The position numbers and the translations under genes are program-made. From Amoeboaphelidium protococcarum X5 (Eukaryota; Fungi; Aphelidiomycota): a DNA stretch of 64,000 nucleotides. A model generated the notes under the pieces. That model was not told where the DNA came from and made no database searches. It worked only from the letters and a program-made list of their open reading frames with translations. Location: positions 21,783-85,782 of the forward strand of contig JALDTO010000176.1 in assembly GCA_023515725.1 (NCBI GenBank). The letters are read 5' to 3'. Of this stretch, positions 27,005 through 40,626 are shown in pieces. Numbering within the stretch: the first letter of the stretch is position 1; each line of letters opens with the position of its first letter.

Positions 27005-27454
27005 TCACTTCTTTGCACTGCCTCTAGGAGCAAGAGGTGTTCCAATGTCTTTGCCTCTCAGCTTGACACCCAAATTTCTCTCCATTTTAGCCAGAATCTG
27101 CTGATTCGGCACCGCCTTTCCGTTCTCGTACTCTTGAATGACCTGCTGTTTCTCGTTGATCTTCACGGCCAAATCTTTCTACGTCATGCCCTTGTCCGCT
27201 CTAGCCTACGCAATCGCCTTGCCAACTTCCATTCCCACAGTCTTCACAGTCAGCTCCTCGGTTTCCCGATCAAGTTTGGCTGCATTTAAATCAGTGCCCA
27301 TGTTCTTTGGCTTATTGCCCGCCGTCATCTTCTTCTCAACCGCCAGCACGGCACCATCTCTTCTGGCAGCATTAATCTAGCTAGCGCTAGTTGCAGTCTT
27401 TGGTGCATTAGTTCGCTTCTTCAGCACTGTCACTTTATCCCAATCGTCACTCAT
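27005..27454 (-). CDS. MBF1: multiprotein bridging factor 1
   Basis: [11 protein letters not shown]...KLDRETEE...[45 protein letters not shown]. Confidence 0.96.
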
Positions 27455-27687
27455 ATTTTATTATTTTGTTTCAATTTAATTTCTTCTTAATTTTTGCAAT
27501 ATTAATTCGCAAAAGAAATGAATATCTCGATAATATACTCGGCTCTTAGTTCGGTCAATCTCTGCAAAGATAGAACTTTGCCGTCGTCAAAGGAAGAATC
27601 GTCAAGTGATCGCTCCAACAGAGAGAGTGTGTGTTAAGAACCACGAAACTATAAAGATATTAACACGCATTTACACTCAAAGCATAC

Positions 27688-28557
27688 TCAAAGAATATTG
27701 TCATAGATGCTGAGTGCATACTAAATTATAGGATCCTGAAGCGACGCTCTCTCGAAATCTTCTAGGTCCAGTTTGCCATCACCATCTCTATCCAATGCAT
27801 TGAAGAGATAGTCAGTTCTTGCACGCGCTAGTTTATCGAAATTATTAAGGAGATCATTAGTCTGATTATAATTTTAAGAACTCCCAGCTTACTAAGAAGA
27901 ACTAGAGCCATTGAGAGCATGATCAGCAGCGTCATCATTAGTCTACTAGAATGACGACTGCTGTACCGAGACACCATTAATTTATGGCGCCAGGTCTCCC
28001 AGCATTTCGTATAGAGAACTCAAAACTTCGAAAACTTCATCGCGATCCACCACACCGTCGCGATTAATATCATACAGATTAAATGACCAGTAAAGTCGCT
28101 CGAGTTGACTCTTGGTAAGCACTTGCATCTATCCATTTTATACATATTGTGGCGACGAAGATTATGATTGTTCTATTTATTGAGATTACTACAGCGACTA
28201 CATCGATTACTGTTCCCCGCTGGACGACGATTTGAATTTACTCAGCGCTTTCATAAACTCTGTGAAGGATACAAGACCATCCTAGTCCTGATCAAACACA
28301 CGAAACATGTGATTAGCAAATCTTGAGGGATCACCGAACGGAAAGTATTGTTTATAGATCTATAGCCAGTCCGCTTTACTCATCGCTGGTTCATACTGTT
28401 GACTGAGCGCAATGTCTACGGATAAATCTACAGTTTTTGCAGTTGCATCCTAACTAAAACCTTTAAACCACATCTGCAGATCCTTCTTATCGAAGCTGGT
28501 TATCGTCTGCAAATCGCTTATCTTCTCTGGGCTCAACTTACTCGCTCCACCTCCCAT
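27688..28557 (-). CDS. NCS1: neuronal calcium sensor/frequenin-like EF-hand protein (289 aa, with low-complexity insertions)
   Basis: MG..SKLS myristoylation-type start, IYKQYFPFGDPSRFANHMFRVFD, LYWSFNLYDINRDG, and C-terminal DPIIQYALSIYDNIL. Confidence 0.88.
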
Positions 28558-28723
28558 TTTTATTAAAGAGTAATCCTTGATTAAGAAGTTAGCTATTTAC
28601 AGTAAAGAGCGAAGTAGAGATGGTTCAACAGACGCGCTTTAAATGAATGTTACGAAAATAAAATGTAAGCTTTCCGAAAAGTATTGATGTAAAGAGTATA
28701 TATATTGTTATTAATTATTATAG

Positions 28724-30985
28724 TCATTAATGCATACCGTGGATTCCCAAATTTTGTTGATCTAAACCAGTGTAAAAATTGTGAGGTAATCGCGCGCTAT
28801 ATTTAATAAAATTCTGAGGAGATCGACCATTCTAAGGCTACTACAACTGTTGGTATGACTACTGGTGATTAAAGGCGTCCATCACAGGTGGAGGCTCAGA
28901 TAACTAAAACGACGCAGCTTCAGAACTACTTCGTTACACTGGTTACATAGTAGTTGTTGCAGTTCTTTGATTATCTTCAATTGGCATAGATTTAAAAGAG
29001 TGAACATTCACAGAAGTATCAAGGCTTTCAACTGACAGCTTCCGTCTCTTGCGCGACTATTCTCCAGATATCGGACGCATAGCCTTGTGCATCTTCTTGT
29101 ATAATCCGCAGGCATTGCACAGTACAATGGACTCCTCAACCTCCTCACCGCTCTACTATTCTTAAACCATTACCGAATCTTTTCGCCATAATGGAGTGGA
29201 ATCAGTTTAGCAGTTATAGCACTTGGGCCGCACATATTCCGACTCGCCATTCTTGGCAGCAGCTAAAGCTTTTAAAGACATGGGTCGATGCTTCTAATGC
29301 TATTTGTAATAAAGGCCACACGCATTACACAAAGTCTCGCCAGTTTCAGGAATTCTACGCCACAGCGGTGTGTTACTTGTACCGCAATTAGGACATTGCT
29401 GCTTACCATCACCAGATTTCGCTGAATGAGCTGCTACTGCAGGAGGTAAAGAGGAACTGGGAAGCAGCGTAGATTTCTTGGGCTCCCGTGGCTTTTTCGC
29501 CTTCTGTGCTTTACCGCTAGGCCCATTCTTCTAGCCAGACTCTAATGATTATTAACGCGATACAACTGTGCTTCCATATCCACCACTGGCAGATGATGAA
29601 TTAAACGATAGTTACTGCTAATATTGAAGCTAATTACTCTATGTAGTTAACTCCGCAAAACTCATTTAACTTTATTGAATACCAAGCGACAAGCCATGCT
29701 AACCAAGATGATCCACATTACTGTACAAGGACGATCTACTGTGATATTAATCATTGCCATTCAAAACATCAAAAGATGCCGATCGACTCAGTGGATTAAG
29801 ATGACCTAGAGCCATACTTCCCGCCAAGCCAGCGCTCTATTGCGGACGGATACCAGAAAAAGAGTAATACACATTCATGGAATTATCATCGGATTTGAGA
29901 CCATAACCATTAGTCTGAGATGCACTTTGCTGGGAAGAATCAGCCATATTCCTAACCATTGAACTATCGAAAGACTATCCCAGCAGTGACGTATCATAAT
30001 TCTGAAATTGTTATTATTATTACTACTCTTGATTACCGATTTGCACAGATTAAGATGATGAGGATGCGCTTTATATAAAATTCAGATTCATATCACCGTC
30101 CATACCAGTAAGCCAGTTGGACATATTATCGTATTCTATGTCCGTCATGGGTATCTCCAATCTTGGACCTTCCTCTAAATTACCCAAAATTACAGTCGCA
30201 GGAAGTGATCCAAAAAAGTCTTCAAGGTGAATAGTATGCTCAGCCGGAGTAGCAATATCATGAACACTTTTCGTAAGCTTTGTGTGAACGTGAGAATCTT
30301 TAGGCGTCGCCTCACTTTGCATTTTATCAAGACTGCCAACAGGATGTGCCCTTGACTCATTGTCTCCATCCTTACAATTCAATACTGCATCAGAATGAGG
30401 CTCCTACTATGATCTACGTTATGATGATGGAAGAGGCAATTAATTCTAGCTCTTTAGATAATCTCGATGACGTTTAATCGCAGTTATAGAGTCTTCTTCT
30501 TCATCCTCATCTTCCTCTTCATTAACATATTCACTTATCTAGACGAATGACTGAGATAGTTATGGTGACTCTTTATCAAGGCTTCTAGTATCATTCAGTC
30601 TCTTTGATAATCGTCGCCTAACACTATCAGCATCAAGCTTCAGCTTCTAAGTAGTCACTAAACCGACTCTCTTTAGTTACTCGCCATCTTGACCCATACG
30701 GCGACGACGGCGGATATGATGCTCTTCTTCAATAATGACACCATCACCATTTTATGACCCATTGCTACAGCCACCACACACTCTTTAATACTTGTACGAG
30801 CTGAGCAGTTTATTATGTAGATGCCACAGTCTCCAGCTCAGATTCTCAAGACGACATCCATTCTCTAGAGAGTCTTTCACCTTTGTACAGATTTTCCACG
30901 TCTTGCTCAACTCCTCCTCAGTCTCCAGAGACGCCAACTGGGAAAATGATTTATTGCCCTTAATCTTCAAGAGTATCGGAGCCAT
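28724..30985 (-). CDS. AreA/Gat1-like GATA transcription factor with N-terminal DUF1752-type motif (~753 aa)
   Basis: [26 protein letters not shown] and GATA finger CYNC..TPLWRK...[15 protein letters not shown] at 29108-29221; TGA 28724-28726. Confidence 0.9.
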
Positions 30986-31561
30986 ACTCTCTTACTCTCC
31001 AAATTATTTACAACTTATTTTCTTTACCAAAAATGGAATATTATGGATGGAAAATTCACAAAATACTCAAAATGAACAATGGCAGGAGAGTCAACGGGTG
31101 AACTGAAAGGGAGCGCGCTGTTCACAAAGGCAAAACGGTAAAGAACAACAAAAGACGACCGGCAAAACGCAAAAAACTACATTCATTTGACGCGCGCCCG
31201 TCCGTCCGCCCGCTCCTGATTGATTGAGCGACTTATTGATTTTGTGTAACTCACTAGACATTTTATGAAATTTACATGAGCATTATGTATAGTAATCGCT
31301 TGGATTTACTTTATGAATTAGATGATGGATGAAATGGTGTTTTCAAAGGCATTTGAATTGCATTAAATCTTTAACAAACTTTGGGTATGATGAAGTATCA
31401 ACAAATGCAATTCCAAGATGTTTCCAAATTAGCAGTAGCTTATACTTCGTTTAGATCACGATTTTCTCTTTTATTCTTCCCGTAGATATCTACAAAATAA
31501 TTACACTGAAAAATGTACATGTTACGCGCGTCCTTGCCAAATTTCTACTCCAAAGGGACGG

Positions 31562-31994
31562 TTGGGATCTAAAAAAACCAACAATATAGTCACTAATATT
31601 GCTGGTGGATTGGGAATCAGGTTTAGGAAATTCAATAGACAGTGGCTGTTGCATTTTCTGCAGGAAAAAAACATCCACGTTGATGAATTTGATTTGAAAA
31701 GCAATATAAATTTCATTGATGGCGAACAATATGTACATCCGGGACAAAAGACGTTTGAAATCGACGTTATGTGCCATGATCCATTGATTATGATGGAATG
31801 TAAATCTTATTTGCGCAAAGACAATTTGCACAATGTTGAGCTATTTGTCAAAAAGTACAAAGTGATTGAGAGTTCAATGAAAGAGCCGGTGCAGAAGTAC
31901 TTGGCTTGTTTGGAGTGCAGAGACGTCTGTCGCAAAGGAGGCAAAGAAGTTGTGCAGTGAGAATAACATTGTCTTCTTGACTCAATTTTAATGA
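31562..31994 (+). pseudogene. prokaryote-type PD-(D/E)XK nuclease-like gene (DUF3782/DUF1626-like), frameshifted near 31919, no clear start
   Basis: Catalytic-like motif FEIDVMCHDPLIMMECKS. The family-like tail ETSVAKEAKKLCSENNIVF continues in another frame from 31920. Confidence 0.6.
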
Positions 31995-32291
31995 GTCATC
32001 TATTGCCTTTTAGTATGGAGTATTGCACATTAATAAATTGTTTTTTGCATTCACACAGGCTCAGCTTTATATTTATGCGCTCTTGAATAGCGTTGTTAAC
32101 TTTAAAACGCACTTCAAAACGCGTCAACTTTCTCTGCGAGTATTACGCATTGAAGTATCATCTCAATCATTACTAAAAATGGCATAAATATACCCTAGTC
32201 TGAGTTGGAAAATAGAATTTAATGGTATAAGGCACCAAAAGTGAGCTTGTTAAAGGGCGAATTTGTAAATAGAGGAAGTATTTCTATTAGA

Positions 32292-32843
32292 TCAATCTTC
32301 AAATTGAAACAACGACTGAACGATGCCATTGTTGGATGTGAGCCGCTTTGCACCTTGGAGAGCTATCAGTTCAATTATGAAGACAAATTAACAGACACGT
32401 GCACCAGTACTTTCAACCAACTATTGGGCAGCAAACGCGCTACCTCCAGTCGCAAGTAAATCATCAAATATAACAACATTCGCGCCGCTGGGTATAGAAT
32501 CTTTCTGCATCTGGAAAGTGTCCACGCCATATTCCTTCTGGTAAGAGTACTCGGCACAATCACCTGGCAGCTTTCCACTCTTTCTCACTGGCACAAAAGG
32601 ACAATTTAAGTGGATAGCTAGAGCGGGTCCAAGTAAAAATCCACGAGAGTCTAGACCAACTATTGCATCTACGCGCTCATTAGATTTCCTGATAAGCAAA
32701 ACCAGCTCTTATATCATGCATTGCACAGCTGAATGATCCTAAAAAATAGGAAATATATCCTGGAATAGAATTCCCTACTTTGGAAAGTCAGGATACGCCT
32801 TTATCAGCGATTTAACGCGCTCCAAACTGTATTATTGAGACAT
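32292..32843 (-). CDS. APT1: adenine phosphoribosyltransferase
   Basis: YPDFPKQGILFQDI, VGLDSRGFLLG, VRKSGKLPG, VVIFDDLLATGGS; TGA 32292-32294. Confidence 0.97.
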
Positions 32844-33377
32844 TTTATAATGGCATTACCATTACAAGACCGTTGCAGTTTTCATTGGCTGCGATCCAAC
32901 CAGCGCGTAACCTTAACTAAGCGGCGACGCCTCATCATTTCTCCTTGCTTTTCTCTTCATTGTTATTGATTGTTGAAAAAATGATAAAATATGCGCAAGA
33001 TAAATGAGCACTATTTTATCCATTTCATATGCACTTTATGATTATAACCAGGAACTTCGCAGTTTCCGCGAGAGCTGTACAGCTCGATGATACTGAACTT
33101 CCTTGGATGTATGAAAGTGCTTTTAGTACCCGATATCTTTCCATGGCTTATCAGAGAATTGATTTGTCCATGGTCACTTGATATCATTTATTATTATCTT
33201 TATGATAATAATAAATCTGAGGTACGTGATGAGAAAAGAATAGATAGGAAGTGCAAGCTTACCTTATCAAATATGGGGATACCTTTTTTCTCTGATACCG
33301 TGTCTTTATCTTGTCTTTCTTCCTTTCTTCCTTTCTTCCAACTCTAAAAACCTTAAAACCTAAAACCAGTCATCTAA

Positions 33378-34061
<684 letters not shown>

Positions 34062-34250
34062 TTCAATGATATCTTGATTGAATTATCCCCACAATATCAT
34101 TGCCATATTTTAATTTTGTCGTCCCATTCCGTAAAAAGTCGCGCTTTTATTCTTTTATAAAGTTTCGAATTTGATTTTCTGAAACAATACGCTCGTTTGT
34201 AAATTCACTTTCTTTCCATTCCTTTTGCCAGTCGTTAACATAAAATCTTA

Positions 34251-37084
34251 ATGCCAGATTTGCCATCGACTCCATTTTTGGGTAATGCGGCTGTAAAGGC
34301 CTCCACGTCCAAGTCTCCTGCTGAAACTGTTTTTGACTCTACGCCTGTGCTGAATGGCGGTAATACTTTTAAAGATATACGTCTTGTTTCTGACTTGTAC
34401 ACGCCTGTTAAATCTACCACATCTTCTAATATGTCGTCATTGACATTGCCCCATGATTAATAGTCGTCGTCTAGTGGATCAGAAGTGTCGAATGGTTCAC
34501 AGCTACTGAAGCAAATGGTTTAAAGACTGGCACAAAAGTCGTAGCATTAACTGGTTGATGGTTGTGCTAACATGCCAAATACAAGCGCGACGAGTGACGT
34601 GTCATCTACCGAGAAGGTTGAAACATTGGCCGGTGTTGACTCTGGTTTCACTGGATTTAAATTTGCATCTGGTGGTGACGCGTTCAAAGTCAGTGCTGCA
34701 TCTCTATAAAAGGCCAGGGCTCTGCTTGAAGTTGATGAAAATGATTATTGTAATTAAGCGGTTGAACCTCAGGATCATTTATAAGAACGGTAATCATTCG
34801 GGTTCACTAATGCTCGGGGAGCCAAGTTGCCTCCTCCGTCTGAAAAGGCCTAAAGGTGCGCATCTAAACTATTTTTGACTGAAGATAAGCCGATTTCAGT
34901 CGGGTTCTCCAGTGCTTCTGGTAAGAAAGTTTTTGCTCCATCAGAATCTGCGATGCTGCAAGCTAATAGAATATTGTAATCTTCGCAATCATCATCCTCA
35001 TCCTCATCAAAGTAGAGTTAAGGAAGTTTCAAGGTTCCTCAGCTGCCGTCTAAGAGATCAGGCCAGGTTGTAAATTAAAGACATTCTATTGCAGTGCCTA
35101 CGAAGAAGAAGAAGTAGCGCATTCTCACCAGGGAGAATACCAGACTCTCTCTTCCTACTTAAGTCAATGATTAAAGTGTATAAAGCAGCCGAAGTGCTTT
35201 CAAGATTCCTTATGCCAAAGACAAGCCGTTGATCTAGACTCCTGTCAAAGCTGTAAAGCCTAAAGAGTAGTTGAAATCTGTCTTTAACATGGAATCTGTA
35301 GCACATCGTTTGAATCTTTCTGATTTACAATTAGAGCATTATTCGTCATAAGAGCTTGTTGATAAGTTTGCCATACCATCGTAGTATGTATCTGTATTTG
35401 AGGAGTAGAAATTCGAGTCTTTCACTTTTGAGGTAGATGGCGGTGCCCGATTCGGATGGAATGATGCAAAGGATAATATGGTTGCTTTAGCAAACTCTAT
35501 TGATATGTAGATTGACAAATGGGTGTAAAATCATTACAAACTAATAGTCCAGAAGTTATTATGTTATGTTTTAAAGTTTCCGTCTATTTTCTGGGTGGAT
35601 GAGAGTAAACGAAGTTAATGGTGCTCGCCAGACTCTGTAATGCGGCAATTGTGTTACAGATATGAAAGGGAACACTTGATGGCTCATAGATCATCTATTA
35701 AGATAATATGCGAATAAGATGCTCCATCTTCATATCCAATGATTCTATTTATATATTCTGTGGCGATTTCTGTGGATTCTGATCAAGCAGAGTGCCTCCT
35801 CTCCGATGGATGGTATATTGTGAGTGCTTAACTAGATCATGTCCTGACTCGCTCCGTCAAGAATGGTAAGCTTCGATCCGGGTAGAAGTTGTTAGTATGC
35901 AATGCTCAAATGATCAATTAGTCTGAAGCTTGTTCTCCGTTGGAATTAACGCCTGATTCTAGATTGAGAATATTCGCCAATTCCACACGAAGAGTTGCTT
36001 GGCATACACGTCTGGGGCACTTACTAGTATCTCCTCTAGTGATTCCGATTCGATCAATTAATAGCGAGGGTGGACTTATATCGTGCGTTGAGGCTTTCAT
36101 TATTCGCAAGTATCCCGTTATATACACTGAAACACTGCCGGATGGATCAAAGGTTAGCAGAAATCAAGCAGATGAGGAACTGTATTGTCAGACTTACAAT
36201 GCCAAAATGCAGCAGTATTTCGAAGAACTCAGAGCCAAATCTTTCTCATATGGTGGACATTCAGAGTCTGAGCTCTCTGAATTGCGTGACTAGATTTAGG
36301 TAAGGATAATCCCATTATGAAGTTATACGTTATACTACGTTACTTTTCGTATTTGTAGGAGCGATTTCCGACAAGAAATGTCAGATCTACAATGAAAGTC
36401 CGAATCTTATGCTCCTCCTGTTTCAACAAAGACGTACAAATTGTTTAATAATAATCTCACCATGCTTTGGTTACTATATATAATCCTGAATAAGTAGCGC
36501 CGAGTATCATTGAGGGGAATGCGTATAAGGTAATTCATATTTGTACCGACTATGATTGATTGATTTTACATTGCATGTAGATTTACAACCTGATGCCATT
36601 CTCTAATCAATCCAACGCATCGATAAAGTCATTGCACTCCACCAAAATAAGCCGCTTTTTTACTAGTGATATGTAGCGCTGTGGTAGTATATCTGCATAA
36701 TTGCCTAGTATTTAAAGTTGCAATGACCTTAAGCACTTGTAACATGGCGATGAATTTGATGCCTGCGTTAAAATATGCTACTCATAAGACAAGATCATAT
36801 GCTGCGATTAGTCAGAGAGTCTTTTGTTGCTGAAAACTTCTATATCAGCGAAGAAGCCGGTATCTTTTAAAGCTGAGACAGTCATCATCCGATGTTTGCA
36901 GTTTGATTACTACGATCTGAAATTCGATCTGGCGGTTGGCATAATTACTCAAGACACTCAGTTTTAATACAAGGGCTAAAACGCAACTGAAAGAGACGCG
37001 CTCAAGAGAGTATAATAGTGGTCCTCTCAAGACATATCGTCAGTTACTGTCGCTGAGAAGTTATTAACAATTGGCATAAACTGA
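34251..37084 (+). CDS. BRCA2: BRCA2/Brh2 homologue (~907 aa); introns 36300-36358 and 36530-36580
   Basis: Three BRC-like repeats at ~34645-34980 (FKFASG, FTNARG, FSSASG). Helical/OB1 motifs WVQNHYKLIVQKL, QLCYRYERE, LSDGWY, ANSTRRVAWHTRLG. Confidence 0.92.
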
Positions 37085-37142
37085 TGTTAAATTAAGAAAT
37101 ATTGTCAAATACAAATGTACTACATTCTAATCAAAAACTAAA

Positions 37143-39950
37143 TCATCTTATAGGGGAAAACAAAGAACCATCAGATAATTAAGATCTGCCTCTGTCTCGC
37201 CTAGACTAAATATCACCCAGAGATAGACCGAGGATGCGCGGCCGTTTATCAATTTTGAAGTCGGCATACTCTTTGGCCACATGCTCACGCCTGTTAGAAT
37301 CTTGACTGAGAATTTGAGACAGCGTGTTGATAGTGCTCTTGAGCAACGAATTTGATCTCTTAGCGCCTTCTAATTTCTACTCCAGTTCTTGCACGAGCTC
37401 TTCAGGAATTTCAGGTAGACGATTGCAATCACCTACTGGATTCTCTTCTTTCAATGCCTCGGCGGGGTGTGTGGCATTATGCGTCTAGGATCCTCCTAGA
37501 GATATCTAATTTGCAACTGCAGCCTTCTTCAGAACGAAAGTGGACTTCTTCCTAGGGCGAACAAGCTTGGCGTCAGCAATGTCGGCAGAAACTTATTGCA
37601 ATGAAGATGAAGTATCAGAGGCTACAGACTAAGTTCTATCTCTTAATTCCAACCAAAACGAGGATCTTCTTCTTTTTCCAACCGGTACTACCAAAGAAGC
37701 ATCGGCAGACTTTTATTCACCACCATTAGTTTAAACTGTCTATGCATTAGAAATCGCAATATTTTCCTCCACATTTTGCACCAGTAAATCATTTTATTCT
37801 ACTTAGTCGTTGTGAGTATCATTAAAACGGTCATGGTGACAAAGATCACAGACGCGCTGAGGCTTCATCGTCTAATCGTTTATAATCACTCTATGAGTGG
37901 AACATGCTGAACACACTACGGCTCCACAATAACGACAATGATGACGTCGAATGATGAAGTTAAAGGAGCATTTACACACCATACAAGTCTATGCCACTTC
38001 ATCGGGAATCCAGATGGGAGCAAAGTAAGAAGACCGACGACTCTGATCCATATGAGACTATTACAAGGGTGTGGTGGCAAACTCATAAATGGAGTTTATA
38101 AGCATAGCAGCCTCGCTGGCATGATCGCTCAATATAGAAGCTTGGTCTTGATCAATAACGTTAACAGATGCGGCTCTACTGCGAATGATGGTGTTGGACG
38201 TTGAGATATCACATTGATCATCAATCGCCTGCTTGAGGCTCATCAGCCACTAATCCTTCTCCTCTTTGCTATTGCAATATAGCTAAACAGACTTTTTACG
38301 CGACAGAATAATGAATGAATATGGAATATATAGGTACGGCACTACACCGGTTGCCATCGGGATTCTATCGACAATATTGCTGAAAATCACTTCTTCATCT
38401 TCAACCAAAGGCTTCTAAGCAGCAGACTGAACGGGAGGAGTCAAAGGCTCAGGAACATTTAGAATCTATATCTACTACAGAGGCATCCACATCCTGAAAG
38501 CATACTTTTTATTATCAAACGGCGTGTTAAGTGGTAGGCTGCTATTCGGCCGCGCAAATAGGACACCATCACTGAGAAGTAGAAGCAAACGCGGATTACA
38601 TCCTTTGGCACATACTTTACCCAACATTCCACTCTTGATCATTTATCGACCAGGAGTCACCAGCTTGGCACCTACAATACCCTCTTCCAGAGGTAGAATA
38701 TCGGCATAAGTGAGATAATGATTAGATAGTTTGTGTGGCAATCCAACAATGGCGTTCTACAGATCAACCAGCCTGGTATCTTCTTCATGCATTCTTATGC
38801 GCTCATTCACCCATTGATTGACAGACTCTATGAGCTGAAGCGCCTCTGTCAATCCATCATAGTCGCAGTGAGATCGTGGCGTGTATTTAAGCAACTACTC
38901 AATCAGCATACGATACCTAGGTAAACGTTGAACAGGCTGTAGGAGTAGAGAGACTAGTGGAAGAGACTTAACATCAGGGTGTCTCAATTGATTACTGACA
39001 AATGTACCAAAAGTACTGGACGTGGAGGTGAGGTGAGATAGAAGAGTCAGCGAATTTGGATAATTCTTCAGATAGATGGCATAAATTTTCATAAATGGAA
39101 TGAATTTGAGTACAATGTCAGACAGCTTCCCTTTTTCAGGATTCCACGACAGATCACAGCCAAAATCTATGGCGGTATAAGGGGAGCCACTCGACGTGTT
39201 GGAGTGATGAGAGTTGCCAGATTCAACAGATTTCAAAGACCGGACAGAGTCATATCTAACATTGCCTTTCAGTCTCTTACGCAGCTTGGCCAGAAATTCC
39301 GAGTTCAATCCGCGAATCTCCACCAGATTACTAAACATTTAATTAGTCAGTTTCTTGCTAACATCCGGGATCTTTACAGGCACAGAGGAACGTTATGACA
39401 CGGGATCCGAGAGGGGAAGATAGAACAAATCATAGAGAACATTGAGCTACTACACATACGTTTCTTCAGTCTCCAAAAATTCATTAGCTATCTATACGCG
39501 CTTCTTCATCATGGAATAATTGAGAGTATTAGATTTTTCATACGGGTGATACTTGGCCTAGTGGTGATGATTAAGATGCTTTTAGATGCGCGTAGCAGAT
39601 CGCACAAGAGGAGAAGGTCTATACTGCTCATTCAGTTGTATATGTACGGGAGTCACTTTATTGCCTGGCGTAATCGGAGACATTGCAGGAGACAATAAAT
39701 TCAAAGATGACCAAAAGCTATTCACTCGAGGGCTACCAATCTGATCCCGCTAAACATTCTGATCGTTCTACTACAGCTACTATTAAGGGATGCACGGTAG
39801 AAGCGGATGATCACAGTCATTAAGATCAATGCTCTCTGCAGACGATTCATACTCTACAGATTTCACACTTTGGCTACGATAGAACAGTTAATATCCTATA
39901 GCGACAGCTGTAAACAGGAAAGCACCAATTTCTAACGCGTATTGATCCAT
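37143..39950 (-). CDS. FGD-like RhoGEF (DH-PH-FYVE) with N-terminal hydrophobic anchor (~935 aa)
   Basis: DH NEFLETEETY...LLQPVQRLPRYRML; FYVE WIPDEVAQTCMVC..FNFIIRRHHCRYCGAVVC...RVCDLC; TGA 37143-37145. Confidence 0.92.
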
Positions 39951-40626
39951 TTTTATATTTTCTGCTCTATCTTGGCGTATTAAAAAGAGGATCGTCTGTC
40001 AATCAATGCTCGAGCTTGTTGCAAAAGTGAAAGAGACGACACGGTGGCTCCCGCTGAACAAGGTCACTGAGAAATTGAATCGATTATTTAGATTAGAATT
40101 CACATTGTTTTGAGTTAAACTATAGAACTGAATGAATATAATGTTCACTCACACAATGTACTTTTTTATCTGAATTTTGTTGTGCATTTTAAAAATAACA
40201 ATGTTATTATGGGTGATATTATTTCAACGTGTGAAACGTGGTTGAAACTGATGATTGTCCACTGGAGACAACTTGGCTTCATCCTGTGATATCTTAAATC
40301 CAAATCAAGAGTGGTGAGAGCATTTTGGCATTCATTCACTTGGTTAAGTCACACTTTAGATGACAGAGTATCATGTGGTAGAGTAGAGGGTGGCATGACA
40401 ACAACTGAAATCAACAGAGAAATTCTTAGCCAGTCTGGTCTGGGAAACAACACTAAATCAGTGTGACAAACAACAAACAATGGCTGCAGATGTGATTACA
40501 TTGTTACTAATCAACCAAGTCTTATTTTAATCATTATTATTAAAGTCAAAACTTGATCGTTCATTACACTGAGTGTACACTATATACGTACATACATACA
40601 TCCATAGGTATCCAAGATTACGAGAG

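Noticed and set aside
31989-31991. Terminal TAA of the nuclease relic as proof of standard-code origin
   Set aside because: Three ordinary host genes also end TAA-TGA, so this alone is not diagnostic; only the CAR-only internal usage is suggestive.
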